Source of the DNA: Candidatus Limnocylindrales bacterium
GTDB lineage: Bacteria > Patescibacteriota > Microgenomatia > Levybacterales > UBA12049
Assembly: GCA_035526025.1 (NCBI GenBank)
Contig: DATLDE010000004.1
Coordinates: 13,011 to 77,010, forward strand
Length of the DNA: 64,000 nucleotides
Reading direction: 5' to 3'
In this document: positions 19,038-28,900 of the stretch, one piece after another
How the letters are laid out: each line of letters begins with the position of its first letter
Position numbering within the stretch: the stretch's first letter is position 1
The notes under the pieces: generated by a model
The model's database searches: none
What the model was told of the DNA's origin: nothing
What the model saw: only the letters and a program-made list of their open reading frames with translations
Position numbers and translations under genes: made by a program

Positions 19038-19544
19038 TTAAAAATTGTCTTCTATCGCTTTGATCTTTTCTACTCTCCTAACATGTCGTTCTGCTGTTGC
19101 ATCAGGTATATTAAGCCAGTATTCAACCGCTTTTAAAATATCTTCATCTTTGATAAACCTGAACCCAAATGAAAGCATATTTGCATCATTGTGCTCTCGT
19201 GTTAATCTAAGCATTTCAAACGGATCAGAACTCATTCTTCCTGTTATATCGGCGGCGTGAACAGGAATAGCTGGTGTATAAAAAAGAGCACATCTCACTC
19301 CTTTAAATTTGTTGGCAACCATTGCCTCGCCTTGTCCAGATCCTCCAAAAATTATTCCCCTATTGTTTTCTGGGTCTTCTGAAACACCTTTTGCAGCTTT
19401 ACTGATAAAATCTGGATAATCATCATCTTTGTTATATTCGTGAGCCCCGCAATCTTCTACCTGAAAACCTTTTTCTGTTAGGAACGTTTTGATTTTTTCT
19501 TTTAACTCAAGCCCGGTGTGATCTGTTGCGAGGAATACCTTCAT
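19038..19544 (-). CDS. rpiB: ribose-5-phosphate isomerase B (RpiB/LacAB family)
   Basis: MKVFLATDHTGLELKEKI...GIIFGGSGQGEAMVANKFKGVRCAL. Confidence 0.8.
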   Translation of the reverse strand: MKVFLATDHTGLELKEKIKTFLTEKGFQVEDCGAHEYNKDDDYPDFISKAAKGVSEDPENNRGIIFGGSGQGEAMVANKFKGVRCALFYTPAIPVHAADITGRMSSDPFEMLRLTREHNDANMLSFGFRFIKDEDILKAVEYWLNIPDATAERHVRRVEKIKAIEDNF

Positions 19545-19629
19545 AACTACTTACAGTTTACAATTTACAGCTTACTTTTACAAGGATATTTGGAGTTAAT
19601 TGTTAAATGTGAAGTGTTAATTGTTGAGG

Positions 19630-20220
19630 TTATTTACCGATGATTACTGCAGCATCAGTTGTGATCGTATCATCAACGCTGGTTGTGATAGTGCTTCCTG
19701 CTGCTACAGTCCCCAGATCTTTTTTCAGCAAAGAGGCATAACTACTTTTGGATTTTTTAACTTTAACCGTTACCCCTGTGTAGTCAAAAGTATCTGCGTT
19801 ACCAGTTGAACTAACAACATACCCCAAGCCACTCAAAGCGGTAGAGTATCTTCTTCCAGCGCCGGCAACTCCACTACCGTTTAATACCACAACCGTTAAT
19901 TTTGATCGATCCAATTGCCCTGAGATACTGGCAGGTGTTGGGGAAAGTTTTCCTGATGGAGTTATGGTACCAGATGCTGAGGCTACGGGAGTACTTGTTG
20001 GGACTTCTGTTGGTATAGGAGCTTGAGTTGGTACAACTGCTTTTTGTGAATCTGTACCCCTAGTTCTACCTATAAAGTACACCCCTGCAACACCTGCTGC
20101 AATCAAAAGTAAAATAATAAGAAAAACTACCAGTGGCTTCTTATTTGTTGATTTTTCAGAATAAGCCGGAAAATCCTGAAAAGGTGCTTCGTCTTTCATG
20201 TAATATCTACTGCCATTCAT
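19630..20220 (-). CDS. LytR C-terminal (LytR_C) domain-containing membrane protein
   Basis: TM anchor, Pro/Thr-rich linker, VVVLNGSGVAGAGRRYSTALSGLGYVV...FDY (LytR_C). Confidence 0.55.
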   Translation of the reverse strand: MNGSRYYMKDEAPFQDFPAYSEKSTNKKPLVVFLIILLLIAAGVAGVYFIGRTRGTDSQKAVVPTQAPIPTEVPTSTPVASASGTITPSGKLSPTPASISGQLDRSKLTVVVLNGSGVAGAGRRYSTALSGLGYVVSSTGNADTFDYTGVTVKVKKSKSSYASLLKKDLGTVAAGSTITTSVDDTITTDAAVIIGK

Positions 20221-20304
20221 AATTATGTTGAGCAGTATGCAATGATTTTACCACGTTTTCCCTGTTTTGTGAACCCACTTGCTAATTGATGCTATAATAA
20301 CACT

Positions 20305-21990
20305 ATGCCCGTAAAAAAGATTCTTATTCTGCTATCATCTATTGTACTGGCAGTTTGTTTACTCCTTATTGTTAAACCATCCACAACTAGTGCTGATGAG
20401 TTGGATGATATTAACAAACAGCTATCACAACTCAATTCTGATCTAAATAAGTCTATAGCAGCAACCAAGCCGCTTGAAGGACAACTTAACAGTATGCAAA
20501 AACAAGTAGAAAATATAAAGCAACGTGTTGGAGGAGTAGAATCCGGAATAGTAGTAAAGAAACAGGAAATTGATAACGGGTACAAAAGGCTCGCTGAAAA
20601 AGAAAAGCTCATATCCCAGACAATCAGAGATTTCTATGTAACTTCCTACTATGATTCACCTCTTCTTATATTTATGTCGCTTGATAATGCATTTGATGTA
20701 ACACAGGCTCTGGCCTATCAACGTGCAAAAACCAAACAAGATAAAGCCATAATTACCAATATCGCACTCTCTTTGACAACTCTGGAAAAGAAGAAGGCAG
20801 ATCTTTTGGATGAACAAAAATCCCTTGTTGTTTTGAAAGCAAATCTTGATGAACAATCCAAAAAATTGGATGGTGTTGTTAAGGGCGCAAAGAACTTCCA
20901 GGGAGAATTATCAGGAAAAATAGCAGCACTCTCAGCAAAACAGCAGGAAATTTTAAGTGCAAAATCAGGTAACTCAACCTTCACAATTGGAGGTGGAGGT
21001 GAAAGTGCTGATGAACTTCTTGCATCCAAAAAAGGATTTTCAGATTCCGCACCAGGAGGGACATTTGGAGTATTTTCTTTTGGTGCATACACTCATAGAA
21101 AAGGAATGAGCCAATATGGAGCAAGAGGGCGGGCGCAATCAGGCCAGGATTTCAAAACTATTCTTAAGGCTTATTATGGAAAAGACCCAGTCAGTAAGGA
21201 CACAGGAGGAAATTTAAAAGTTGCTGGATTTGGAGAAATGGATTTTGAGACAACATACCTATATGGAATTGCGGAAATGCCATCAAGCTGGCACCCTGAA
21301 GCTTTAAAGGCACAAGCAGTTGCAGCAAGAACATATGCATACCGCTATAAAGTTGATGGAAAAGAAATTTGCACAAATGAAGCATGTCAAGTCTTTAATA
21401 AAGGCAAGTCAGATAATCCTCCTGATTCATGGAAAAACGCAGTTAATGAAACAAAAGGTCAGATTCTTGAAGATGTTGTCACCTACTATGCATCAACTCA
21501 TGGAGGCTATGCTTCACCAATCGGGTGGGATACAACTGACGGAGCAGGTGGGGGCAATTTCATAGAAAAAGCTTGGGAGAAAACGGGAGGATCACCCTGG
21601 CTTTATAAAGCATGGTGGAGACAAGGCTATAGCAATAGCTCTTCAACATGTGGCAGATCTACCCCATGGCTATCATCAGTTGAAATGGCTGACATCATCA
21701 ACGCTGCGCGTTTCAGAGATGATAGAGTTACTCCTGTCACCACATCTTGTTGGGGAGGAAATCCCTACAGCATGGATGAACTACGCGCCAAAGCAAACGG
21801 CCCATCATCTGTCTCCGGAGCAAGTGTTCTTCAGGGGAACGGCTCATCAAGTGAGGTTGTTTTTCAGACAAATATAGGCGAAATCAGACTTAGCGCAAGT
21901 ACTTTTAAAGAGGCATTTAATCTGCGTGCCCCAGGCTATGTCAGAATCCCCCAAACAGGATTTGCGTTCTTCAATATTGAGCAGAAATAA
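20305..21990 (+). CDS. SpoIID/LytB domain protein with N-terminal coiled-coil region
   Basis: Signal/TM, long coiled coil, then YLYGIAEMPSSWHPEALKAQAVAARTYAY (SpoIID/LytB signature). TATAAT at 20293-20298, 6 nt before the ATG. Confidence 0.7.
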   Translation: MPVKKILILLSSIVLAVCLLLIVKPSTTSADELDDINKQLSQLNSDLNKSIAATKPLEGQLNSMQKQVENIKQRVGGVESGIVVKKQEIDNGYKRLAEKEKLISQTIRDFYVTSYYDSPLLIFMSLDNAFDVTQALAYQRAKTKQDKAIITNIALSLTTLEKKKADLLDEQKSLVVLKANLDEQSKKLDGVVKGAKNFQGELSGKIAALSAKQQEILSAKSGNSTFTIGGGGESADELLASKKGFSDSAPGGTFGVFSFGAYTHRKGMSQYGARGRAQSGQDFKTILKAYYGKDPVSKDTGGNLKVAGFGEMDFETTYLYGIAEMPSSWHPEALKAQAVAARTYAYRYKVDGKEICTNEACQVFNKGKSDNPPDSWKNAVNETKGQILEDVVTYYASTHGGYASPIGWDTTDGAGGGNFIEKAWEKTGGSPWLYKAWWRQGYSNSSSTCGRSTPWLSSVEMADIINAARFRDDRVTPVTTSCWGGNPYSMDELRAKANGPSSVSGASVLQGNGSSSEVVFQTNIGEIRLSASTFKEAFNLRAPGYVRIPQTGFAFFNIEQK

Positions 21991-21991
21991 T

Positions 21992-22648
21992 ATGCCTGAT
22001 ATTTTTACCAATTCCAAAAAAAATATTGAAAGCAAGCCAACGCCTCAAGCAACACAACTTCCGGTCGAGAATTTATCAAATCCCCCGGGCTTATTTAGCG
22101 CGTATTGCCCTAATCCAACTGGAATTAATTTTGCAAATCAGGAACCAGATGAAAACATCGTCCTCTTTTTAAGACGACATTTTATAACAAATGTCCCCTG
22201 GATTGTCTCAGTCCTTCTGCTACTTATTGTGCCAGTACTCATTTTTTCGATAAGCAATTTTTTTGCAATATCATTTTTTGCAATTCCTCCTCAATTAAGC
22301 TTCGTTCTCGTTAGCTTTTATTATTTATTCATACTCAATTTTGGGTTTCTTAAATTTATTAATTGGTTTTATCATGTTGGTATTGTCACACAAAAAAGAT
22401 TGGTGGATTTAGATGTTGATAATATCCTGCATTATCACCTTGCTGAAACAGAAATTTCTGATGTTGTTGATGTGTCTTATGCACAAAGGGGATTCTTCCA
22501 AAGTTTTTTTAAGTATGGGGATGTACACATCCAAACACAAGCCATAAAAGCAAATTTTCAATTTGAACAGTGCCCCAATCCGGGAGAAGTTGCTGACATA
22601 ATTACAGACCTTCGTCCGGAAGAGAAAGGAGAAAAATCCAATGTTTGA
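21992..22648 (+). CDS. bacterial PH-domain (bPH_2/YdbT-like) membrane protein
   Basis: Two TM helices followed by a PH-like region. ATG 21992 follows the upstream stop; the track's 21926 start overlaps the upstream gene. Confidence 0.4.
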   Translation: MPDIFTNSKKNIESKPTPQATQLPVENLSNPPGLFSAYCPNPTGINFANQEPDENIVLFLRRHFITNVPWIVSVLLLLIVPVLIFSISNFFAISFFAIPPQLSFVLVSFYYLFILNFGFLKFINWFYHVGIVTQKRLVDLDVDNILHYHLAETEISDVVDVSYAQRGFFQSFFKYGDVHIQTQAIKANFQFEQCPNPGEVADIITDLRPEEKGEKSNV

Positions 22649-22889
22649 TTTTCAGAACCTATTCGCACTTTTTCAAGATAGAGGTATTGTTCTTTTGATC
22701 AAGATCCTCCTCTTACTATTATTATTTGTTTATATTCTTTTTACTTTCATTGTAATAAACAGGGTCAGAACTCTGAATCGCACGCTTTCTCTTTCAGCAG
22801 CGCGTGCTTCATTTCTTGTGCAAGCTTTGGCTATGATGTTTTTAATCTTAACTGTCTTCCTTTTTATTGCGACACTTGTTATAGTATAA
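22641..22889 (+). CDS. small membrane protein, hypothetical
   Basis: 82-aa ORF with two TM segments; 8-nt overlap with the upstream gene. Confidence 0.3.
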   Translation: MFDFQNLFALFQDRGIVLLIKILLLLLLFVYILFTFIVINRVRTLNRTLSLSAARASFLVQALAMMFLILTVFLFIATLVIV

Positions 22890-22892
22890 CTA

Positions 22893-24761
22893 ATGCTCAG
22901 CCTGTCCTACTCCAAACTAGTTGCGACTCCAACTGACACTTCTTGGTCACAAGTATATAATGCCGGTAATCTTTTTGCTTCATTATCTTTGTCAAAAAGT
23001 GACCCAGAAGAAGATATCTCACTAAGTAGTGTAGGTAAGGATATTTTCTCAAATCTACAAGCGGAATTTTTTACTCTTGAACAAAAAGATCTTGAGACAA
23101 TAAAAGAAGCTATCAAAAATAGCACTACTTCTATTCCACCAGAAATAACAGCTAACTTCTGCATTGCCTACTTTAAAGAAAATATTCTTTACTTATTTAT
23201 ATTCGGAAAAGGGAAAATAGTCATGAAGCGGAACAAAAAAATAGCGGTTCTACTTGAAAAAATATCTGATGATAAAGAAATTCTTACTGCATCGGGTTTT
23301 CTTGAAAATGATGACACCATACTTCTTCAAACCCCTCAATTTGCACAAGATATGTCAGAAGATACTATCTCAGGGGCTTTGGATTTGCTAATCCCCAATG
23401 ACATAGCAGAGGCACTTTCTCCCGCCATGCACGAGAAAGATGATGGAGGACAAGCTGCGATAGTCATAAATTACAAAGATCCTCTGAAACTGGCGCATGA
23501 AGAACCCCAGACTGAACAAGATGACACTGATTCAAACGATAATGAAGTTGTTAGTCCACCTCTGACAGAATCTGAAAGCATTATACATATTGAAAATGAG
23601 GTTGATAAAATTACTGCAGATAACATCACAATTGATAGAGATGAAGTTGATATCATTATCAATGATCATTCTGAAGAATTACAAAAACCCATTCTACGCC
23701 CATCTTCAGGCTCTAAATTATCTACTTTATTTGCAAGCCTTAAACTTCCATTTATAAAAAAGAAAAATTCCATACGTTTAAATCATAGAAAAAAACTTTT
23801 CCTAAGCATTGCTGTAATTATCGCAGTAGTTTTACTATCTAGCGTTTTACTCACAAAGCAGCGCGAATCAGATTCAAAAAACACCCTCTTGTTCGCTTCT
23901 GTTTATGAACCAGCTCTTGCAGACTACAATGACGGAATTGATATTAAGAGTATTAATAATGTATTTGCCAGAGATGATTTTCTAAAAGCCAAGAATCAAC
24001 TTCTTGAAGGTAAAGATAAATTTAAAAAAGGCTCAAAAGAAGAGAAACAGATCACAGAGCTGTTGGAAAAAATTGAAGCAGAACTAGGAGGCGAATCAAT
24101 AGGGCCTGCAATCAAACCAAAAGAAATCTCACTAGGAGTAAATGACCGACTAAGTGTAGCAAAATCAAATAGCACAGGTCGCGGCTTTACAAAAGACCAA
24201 AACGGGACATATTTTGTTACTGATAAGGCAGTTGTTTCAGTCTCAGGAAGCACAAAAAAAGACATTATAAAAAACGATGACGACTGGGAAAAGCCTGTCG
24301 GCCTATCAACATATCAGGGAAATATGTACTTGCTTGACCAGGCGAATGGAGTTCTCAAATTCACAGCTGGATCAAACGGATTTGGAAAATCATCATATCT
24401 CAAAAAACCACCCTCAAATATTTCAAACTCGACGGATATAGCAATTGATGGAGCAGTCTGGATCTTATTCAAAGACGGCACCATCATGAAATACACAAGA
24501 GGAGAATCAGATGAATACAAAACAAAAGGCCTCAACACGCCTTTCAGAAACCCCAGCAGACTTTTTACCAATATAGATACTGAGCATTTATATGTTCTGG
24601 ATACCGGAAATGGGCAAATTGTCAAACTAACAAAGGAGGGTGATTTCCAAAAACAATACAATGCAGATATATTAAAAACCGCAAAAGAATTTGAAGTATC
24701 AGAAAAAGATGGAAAAATTCTCGTACTCTCAGGCGGCAAATTCTTCGAAATCCCCCTCTAA
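22893..24761 (+). CDS. large hypothetical protein with a central TM segment and a C-terminal beta-propeller-like repeat region
   Basis: 622-aa ORF; acidic middle section; repeated motifs YQGNMYLLDQANGVLKF and LYVLDTGNGQIVKL. Confidence 0.4.
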   Translation: MLSLSYSKLVATPTDTSWSQVYNAGNLFASLSLSKSDPEEDISLSSVGKDIFSNLQAEFFTLEQKDLETIKEAIKNSTTSIPPEITANFCIAYFKENILYLFIFGKGKIVMKRNKKIAVLLEKISDDKEILTASGFLENDDTILLQTPQFAQDMSEDTISGALDLLIPNDIAEALSPAMHEKDDGGQAAIVINYKDPLKLAHEEPQTEQDDTDSNDNEVVSPPLTESESIIHIENEVDKITADNITIDRDEVDIIINDHSEELQKPILRPSSGSKLSTLFASLKLPFIKKKNSIRLNHRKKLFLSIAVIIAVVLLSSVLLTKQRESDSKNTLLFASVYEPALADYNDGIDIKSINNVFARDDFLKAKNQLLEGKDKFKKGSKEEKQITELLEKIEAELGGESIGPAIKPKEISLGVNDRLSVAKSNSTGRGFTKDQNGTYFVTDKAVVSVSGSTKKDIIKNDDDWEKPVGLSTYQGNMYLLDQANGVLKFTAGSNGFGKSSYLKKPPSNISNSTDIAIDGAVWILFKDGTIMKYTRGESDEYKTKGLNTPFRNPSRLFTNIDTEHLYVLDTGNGQIVKLTKEGDFQKQYNADILKTAKEFEVSEKDGKILVLSGGKFFEIPL

Positions 24762-24808
24762 ATCATCTCTTAATTTACATTTATTGATTTTTTGAGTATC
24801 ATGAAGCT

Positions 24809-25246
24809 ATGAAGATTGCAAATAAACGCGCTTTTTTTGATTTTGAGGTGATGCAGAAATTTGAAGCTGGTATCCACCTGACGGGTGCTGAGGTTAAGGC
24901 AATACGTCTCGGCCATGCAGATCTTACCGGATCTTTTGTCAGGATTATGGGAAATGAAGCCTATTTGATAGGATCCAAGATATTTCCCTATGCCTATGCC
25001 AGACCTGAAAATTATGACACAAATAGGACAAGAAAGCTCCTTCTTCACAAACGTGAATTGATCTCTTTAAAGTCCAAGATCGAGGGTGCGAGCTTGACAA
25101 TCGTGCCTGTTTCGTGGTATACTACCGACAGATTGATTAAGCTTGAGCTGGCTTTGGGAAAGAGTAAAAAGAAGTTTGATAAAAAAGCAGCTATCAAAAA
25201 ACGAGACTTAGATCGAGAACTAGAACAAGATTTGAAAATTAAATAA
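24809..25246 (+). CDS. smpB: SsrA-binding protein SmpB
   Basis: FDFEVMQKFEAGIHLTGAEVKAIR...LLLHKRE..., highly conserved SmpB sequence. Confidence 0.9.
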   Translation: MKIANKRAFFDFEVMQKFEAGIHLTGAEVKAIRLGHADLTGSFVRIMGNEAYLIGSKIFPYAYARPENYDTNRTRKLLLHKRELISLKSKIEGASLTIVPVSWYTTDRLIKLELALGKSKKKFDKKAAIKKRDLDRELEQDLKIK

Positions 25247-25286
25247 TTATCAATATTCGCTTTTAGAAATTAACTAATTTTTAATG

Positions 25287-25700
25287 GGGGATGAATTGAT
25301 TCGACGGGAGAGTACCTTGAAAACTGCAAGCCGGCCATGATTCAAAGCCGTTAAAATGGATCAAATATAAATGCTGAAACACGCATTAAGGACTTAGAGA
25401 GAAGGGTAGCTCTCGCGGAAGCGAAGCTAGCTGCCAAACTAGGTCTTGGAACAAGCGCTCTAGCATTTGCTTAAGCCTTAGACCTGTTCATAATGTCTTT
25501 CTCAACGGGACTATATGAGCATAAATACAGTTGGGAAACGGATAAAAGATTGATTTTGCTTTTATCTTAAATTTAGATCTCGGTTTTATTATTCCTGTCA
25601 ATTGGAAAAGATAAAACTTAAATTTAATAATTGACTAAGCTTGTAGAAGTTGATAGATTATTTTATCCGGACTCCAGTTCATTGCTGGACATCTCCACAA
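25287..25700 (+). ncRNA. ssrA: tmRNA (ssrA)
   Basis: Lies directly downstream of smpB. 5' GGGGAUGAAUUGAUUCGACGGG pairs with 3' ...CAUCUCC-A to give a 7-bp acceptor stem with a G3:U70 wobble (alanine identity). T-arm CCAGUUCAUUGCUGG. Candidate tag frame ...AEAKLAAKLGLGTSALAFA* ends at TAA 25478-25480. CCA is not encoded. Confidence 0.8.
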
Positions 25701-25703
25701 ATA

Positions 25704-25728
25704 AAGCCTCCTTAACCGGAGGCTTTTT
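25704..25728 (+). terminator. rho-independent terminator after tmRNA
   Basis: AAGCCTCC, loop TTAACC, GGAGGCTT, then TTT. Confidence 0.6.
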
Positions 25729-25786
25729 AGTGCAATTATTCCTATAGGTTTGACGCTTGAACTAAATTTTGCTACTATTCACTACT

Positions 25787-26500
25787 ATGCATGAACTGGC
25801 AGAGCATGAAATCACTCAAATACCTATAAGTAATTTTGACCTTGATTCTTATTTATACCAACGTGAATGCAGTCCCAATTTTGTAGTGATTGAAATTGGA
25901 CATGGAGGAAATCCTATAACATCGCATCAAGTCTATAAAGGCAAAAGAGCATATATAGGCATAGAGAGTTGGCAACGCCGTCACCCCGCATTTGACAAGA
26001 TTTGGTCTGAAACATTATCCAGCATACGTAAACGCAAAGATGAAAATATATTCTTTGTGGACCAAGACACTGGTTTCAAATCTGTAAACAACTATGAAAA
26101 TAATTCGTTTGGCATAAACAACGGGCGCTATGATGAAAGCATGGTTGAAACAGAATTCCCAGATGGAGCTGCAGACGAAGTATATTTGAGCAACGTATTT
26201 GGCGACCGTCAAGTAACAAGCGGACAAAACACAAAACTTTTGCTTAAAGAGGTCTCACGTCTGGTCGATAGAAGCGGCAAAGTCGTTATTAGAGAATCCC
26301 TTACCCCTGACCGCTCTCTCCTCAGCATGAGTGATCAGGAGGATTTGCAAAATCATGGGCTTAAATTGGAAGCAAAATATACTGCAGCTTCAGACTTAAC
26401 AGAATGGAGAAAGCTTGAAACTGTTTATAAAGGGGCGCATAATCCTATTGGAATTTCCACAGATAGCTATTATCTTATCCTCTCAAAAATATCTGACTAA
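25787..26500 (+). CDS. hypothetical protein, possibly a class I SAM-dependent methyltransferase fold
   Basis: FVVIEIGHGGNP (motif I-like), acidic IGIE about 20 aa later. Promoter TTGACG, 17 nt, TACTAT upstream. Weak assignment. Confidence 0.35.
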   Translation: MHELAEHEITQIPISNFDLDSYLYQRECSPNFVVIEIGHGGNPITSHQVYKGKRAYIGIESWQRRHPAFDKIWSETLSSIRKRKDENIFFVDQDTGFKSVNNYENNSFGINNGRYDESMVETEFPDGAADEVYLSNVFGDRQVTSGQNTKLLLKEVSRLVDRSGKVVIRESLTPDRSLLSMSDQEDLQNHGLKLEAKYTAASDLTEWRKLETVYKGAHNPIGISTDSYYLILSKISD

Positions 26501-26540
26501 ATAGTATGTTTAGCCTTGATGTAGATTAAGCCTGAAATAT

Positions 26541-26759
26541 TCAAATCAGTTCCTTCACAATATAGTGAGTGGCGAAGAGAATTCCTACACCAATTCCCAG
26601 AGATAGAGTACTGCTCAGGAGCATATCATGCGGAAAAAGATAAATATCCATAAGTCCCCATGCGCCTCTCCAGAAAAATACTACAGATATTCCTATAAAA
26701 AGCGCTTTCAGTGTCTGCTTTCCGTATGAACTGGTTTTTTTGTGCTTCTTTTTCGCCAT
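26541..26759 (-). CDS. small membrane protein, hypothetical
   Basis: 72-aa ORF with a basic N-terminus and two TM segments. Confidence 0.3.
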   Translation of the reverse strand: MAKKKHKKTSSYGKQTLKALFIGISVVFFWRGAWGLMDIYLFPHDMLLSSTLSLGIGVGILFATHYIVKELI

Positions 26760-26797
26760 ATATTTATAATACTTATATTTTTAACTTTATACAATAT

Positions 26798-27493
26798 TTA
26801 TTGACCATGTGCGAGTGTCAGACCATAAACCTTCTCAACTCCTGCTTTCTTTAGAATTTTGGAGGCTTCTTTAATTGTTGAACCTGAAGTAACAACATCA
26901 TCCACCAAAAAAACTTGCTTGCCCCACGAAGCTTTAGCGAAGACGGGTTTAATCCTAAACGCACCTTTTATATTCTTTTCCCGCTCTTCCTTACTTAATC
27001 CAACTTGCGTTTTGGTATCTCTTGTTCTTTCCAGGCAATCTATCACCGAAATATCCCATTTTTCCCCTATGCCTTTTGCCAAAATCATCGCCTGATTATA
27101 TCCACGCTTACGCATTCTGGATCTTGATAGAGGAATGGGGACTAGTACTGATTCTTGATCCAACAATTTATAAAATGCTTCTTTCTGGATAATTCCTTCA
27201 TGGAACAAATCCAAAAGCGTACTTTTTAGATCTGTCAGATTTGGATTGTATTTAAATTTATAAACTAATTTCTTAACTACCCCTATGTATACAAGGCTTG
27301 AAAATACGCCGTCTGGAGTGTATTTTCCACGACATATCGGATGGGTTAATCCTCCAATTGATGGCCTTTGACAAACAATGCATGTTCCAGTTTCATTAAA
27401 CGAGATATACGTAAAACAATTTGGACAAATATATGTGCCAATTTTCCGACAATTTACGCAACGCTTTGGAAATATAAAATCCAATATACCCAT
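26798..27493 (-). CDS. ComF family protein (phosphoribosyltransferase-like)
   Basis: N-terminal Cys4 cluster (CVNCRK...CPNC...CIVC...), RGYNQA, VFLVDDVVTSGSTI PRTase motif. Confidence 0.75.
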   Translation of the reverse strand: MGILDFIFPKRCVNCRKIGTYICPNCFTYISFNETGTCIVCQRPSIGGLTHPICRGKYTPDGVFSSLVYIGVVKKLVYKFKYNPNLTDLKSTLLDLFHEGIIQKEAFYKLLDQESVLVPIPLSRSRMRKRGYNQAMILAKGIGEKWDISVIDCLERTRDTKTQVGLSKEEREKNIKGAFRIKPVFAKASWGKQVFLVDDVVTSGSTIKEASKILKKAGVEKVYGLTLAHGQ

Positions 27494-27551
27494 ATATTCA
27501 GTTTATCAAATTAATTGATTAGAAAAATACCAAACCTGCTATGCTAGATAT

Positions 27552-28721
27552 ATGCCCCAATATCTAAATCAACATATAAAGCTTCACCATATTCATTTTA
27601 CTGAAATTAATGAACTTTATATCTCTCTGTCTCTCCAGGCATTATCATCGGGACTAGTTGGCATATTTGTACCAATTTATCTTTACAATCTAAGATTTTC
27701 AATTAGCTCAATTGCAATGTTTTTTATACTGACTATCTTTATCAACATAATTCTTTATCCCTTAACTGCAAAAGTCGTAGGCTGGTATGGACCCAAACAT
27801 ATAATCGCAGTCAGCTATATTCTCATGTTTTTTTATACAGTAATGCTATATTTATTACCCACAAATCCTCACGCTCTCTATCCTGCAGCAATAATGAGTG
27901 GGATAGCTTCTCAAATGTTCTGGATAGCAAGACATATTGATATCGCAACAGTTGTCAGCACAAAAAATACAACAAGTAGATTCAGCACATTATTAATATT
28001 TCTAACAGTTGTGCAGGCTCTGGCTCCTCTAATAGGAGGGGTGCTCGCAACCCGATATGGGATCCACTATGTTTTTTTGGGAACTTGCGTTGGGTTACTT
28101 ATGGCTATCTTCCCTTTGATAAAAACACCAGAACCGGTAGTTCCAAGAAAAACAAGAATAAGAATACTGAGAACAGCACCACTTCGTCACATGATTGCCA
28201 ATTTTGCTGTTAACGCTCAAGGCACAGTTGGTGCATTCCAGTGGCCATTGTTCATTTTTCTTGTTGTCAAAACTTACCAGAATGTAGGAATTGTAAGCTC
28301 TGCATCACTTCTTATTATCATAATACTGTTACGGTTTATGGGAAAAATTGGAGATCACAGTAAAAACACCAAAGTACTTAAATTGGGTTCCAATTTCAGG
28401 TCTCTTGTACACATTAGCAGGACTTTTACCCAATCGTTCACAGCAGCGCTTGGAATTAATTTGCTTGGAGATATTACAGATACTCTCGTCAGCGTTCCTT
28501 ACGCTGCAAGATTTTACGAGGGTGCTAGACGGTATGATATCCCGGCATATCTTGTGGACATGGAAATTGCGGGGGGACTTGGCAAGATAACTATCTGGAT
28601 TATCTTACTTCTGGGAAGCCTTCTATTTGATCTCAAAACTGCTCTTGTTATTACGTTCATAACCGCTGCACTTCTCATGCCGCTTTTGCAACTGATAGAA
28701 CCACTTCCTTCTCACTCTTGA
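27552..28721 (+). CDS. MFS-type transporter
   Basis: About 12 predicted TM helices, 389 aa. Confidence 0.55.
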   Translation: MPQYLNQHIKLHHIHFTEINELYISLSLQALSSGLVGIFVPIYLYNLRFSISSIAMFFILTIFINIILYPLTAKVVGWYGPKHIIAVSYILMFFYTVMLYLLPTNPHALYPAAIMSGIASQMFWIARHIDIATVVSTKNTTSRFSTLLIFLTVVQALAPLIGGVLATRYGIHYVFLGTCVGLLMAIFPLIKTPEPVVPRKTRIRILRTAPLRHMIANFAVNAQGTVGAFQWPLFIFLVVKTYQNVGIVSSASLLIIIILLRFMGKIGDHSKNTKVLKLGSNFRSLVHISRTFTQSFTAALGINLLGDITDTLVSVPYAARFYEGARRYDIPAYLVDMEIAGGLGKITIWIILLLGSLLFDLKTALVITFITAALLMPLLQLIEPLPSHS

Positions 28722-28782
28722 GAAATTATACCTCTATCTGGGTAGCAAAAATAAGCTTTTGAATGATATAATGGGCATTCTG

Positions 28783-28869
28783 GAGGGATGTCTGAGTGGT
28801 TTAAGGTAACTCCTTGCTAAGGAGTCGTGGGGGTAAACCCTACCGCAGGTTCGAATCCTGTTCCCTCCG
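28783..28869 (+). tRNA. tRNA-Ser (anticodon GCU), type II with long variable arm
   Basis: Acceptor GGAGGGA/UCCCUCC, anticodon arm ACUCC-UUGCUAA-GGAGU, long variable arm, T-loop GGUUCGAAUCC. TATAAT at 28766-28771 upstream. CCA not encoded. Confidence 0.85.
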
Positions 28870-28900
28870 CATTTTATCATTTAAATATTGACTTGAACTC

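Noticed and set aside
18924-19045. Heptameric A/T repeats (TGAAAAT-like x5) between rpe and rpiB as a distinct repeat element
   Set aside because: These are short A-tract phasing typical of AT-rich promoter or UP-element regions upstream of rpe. They overlap the rpiB stop and are not a mobile or structured element.
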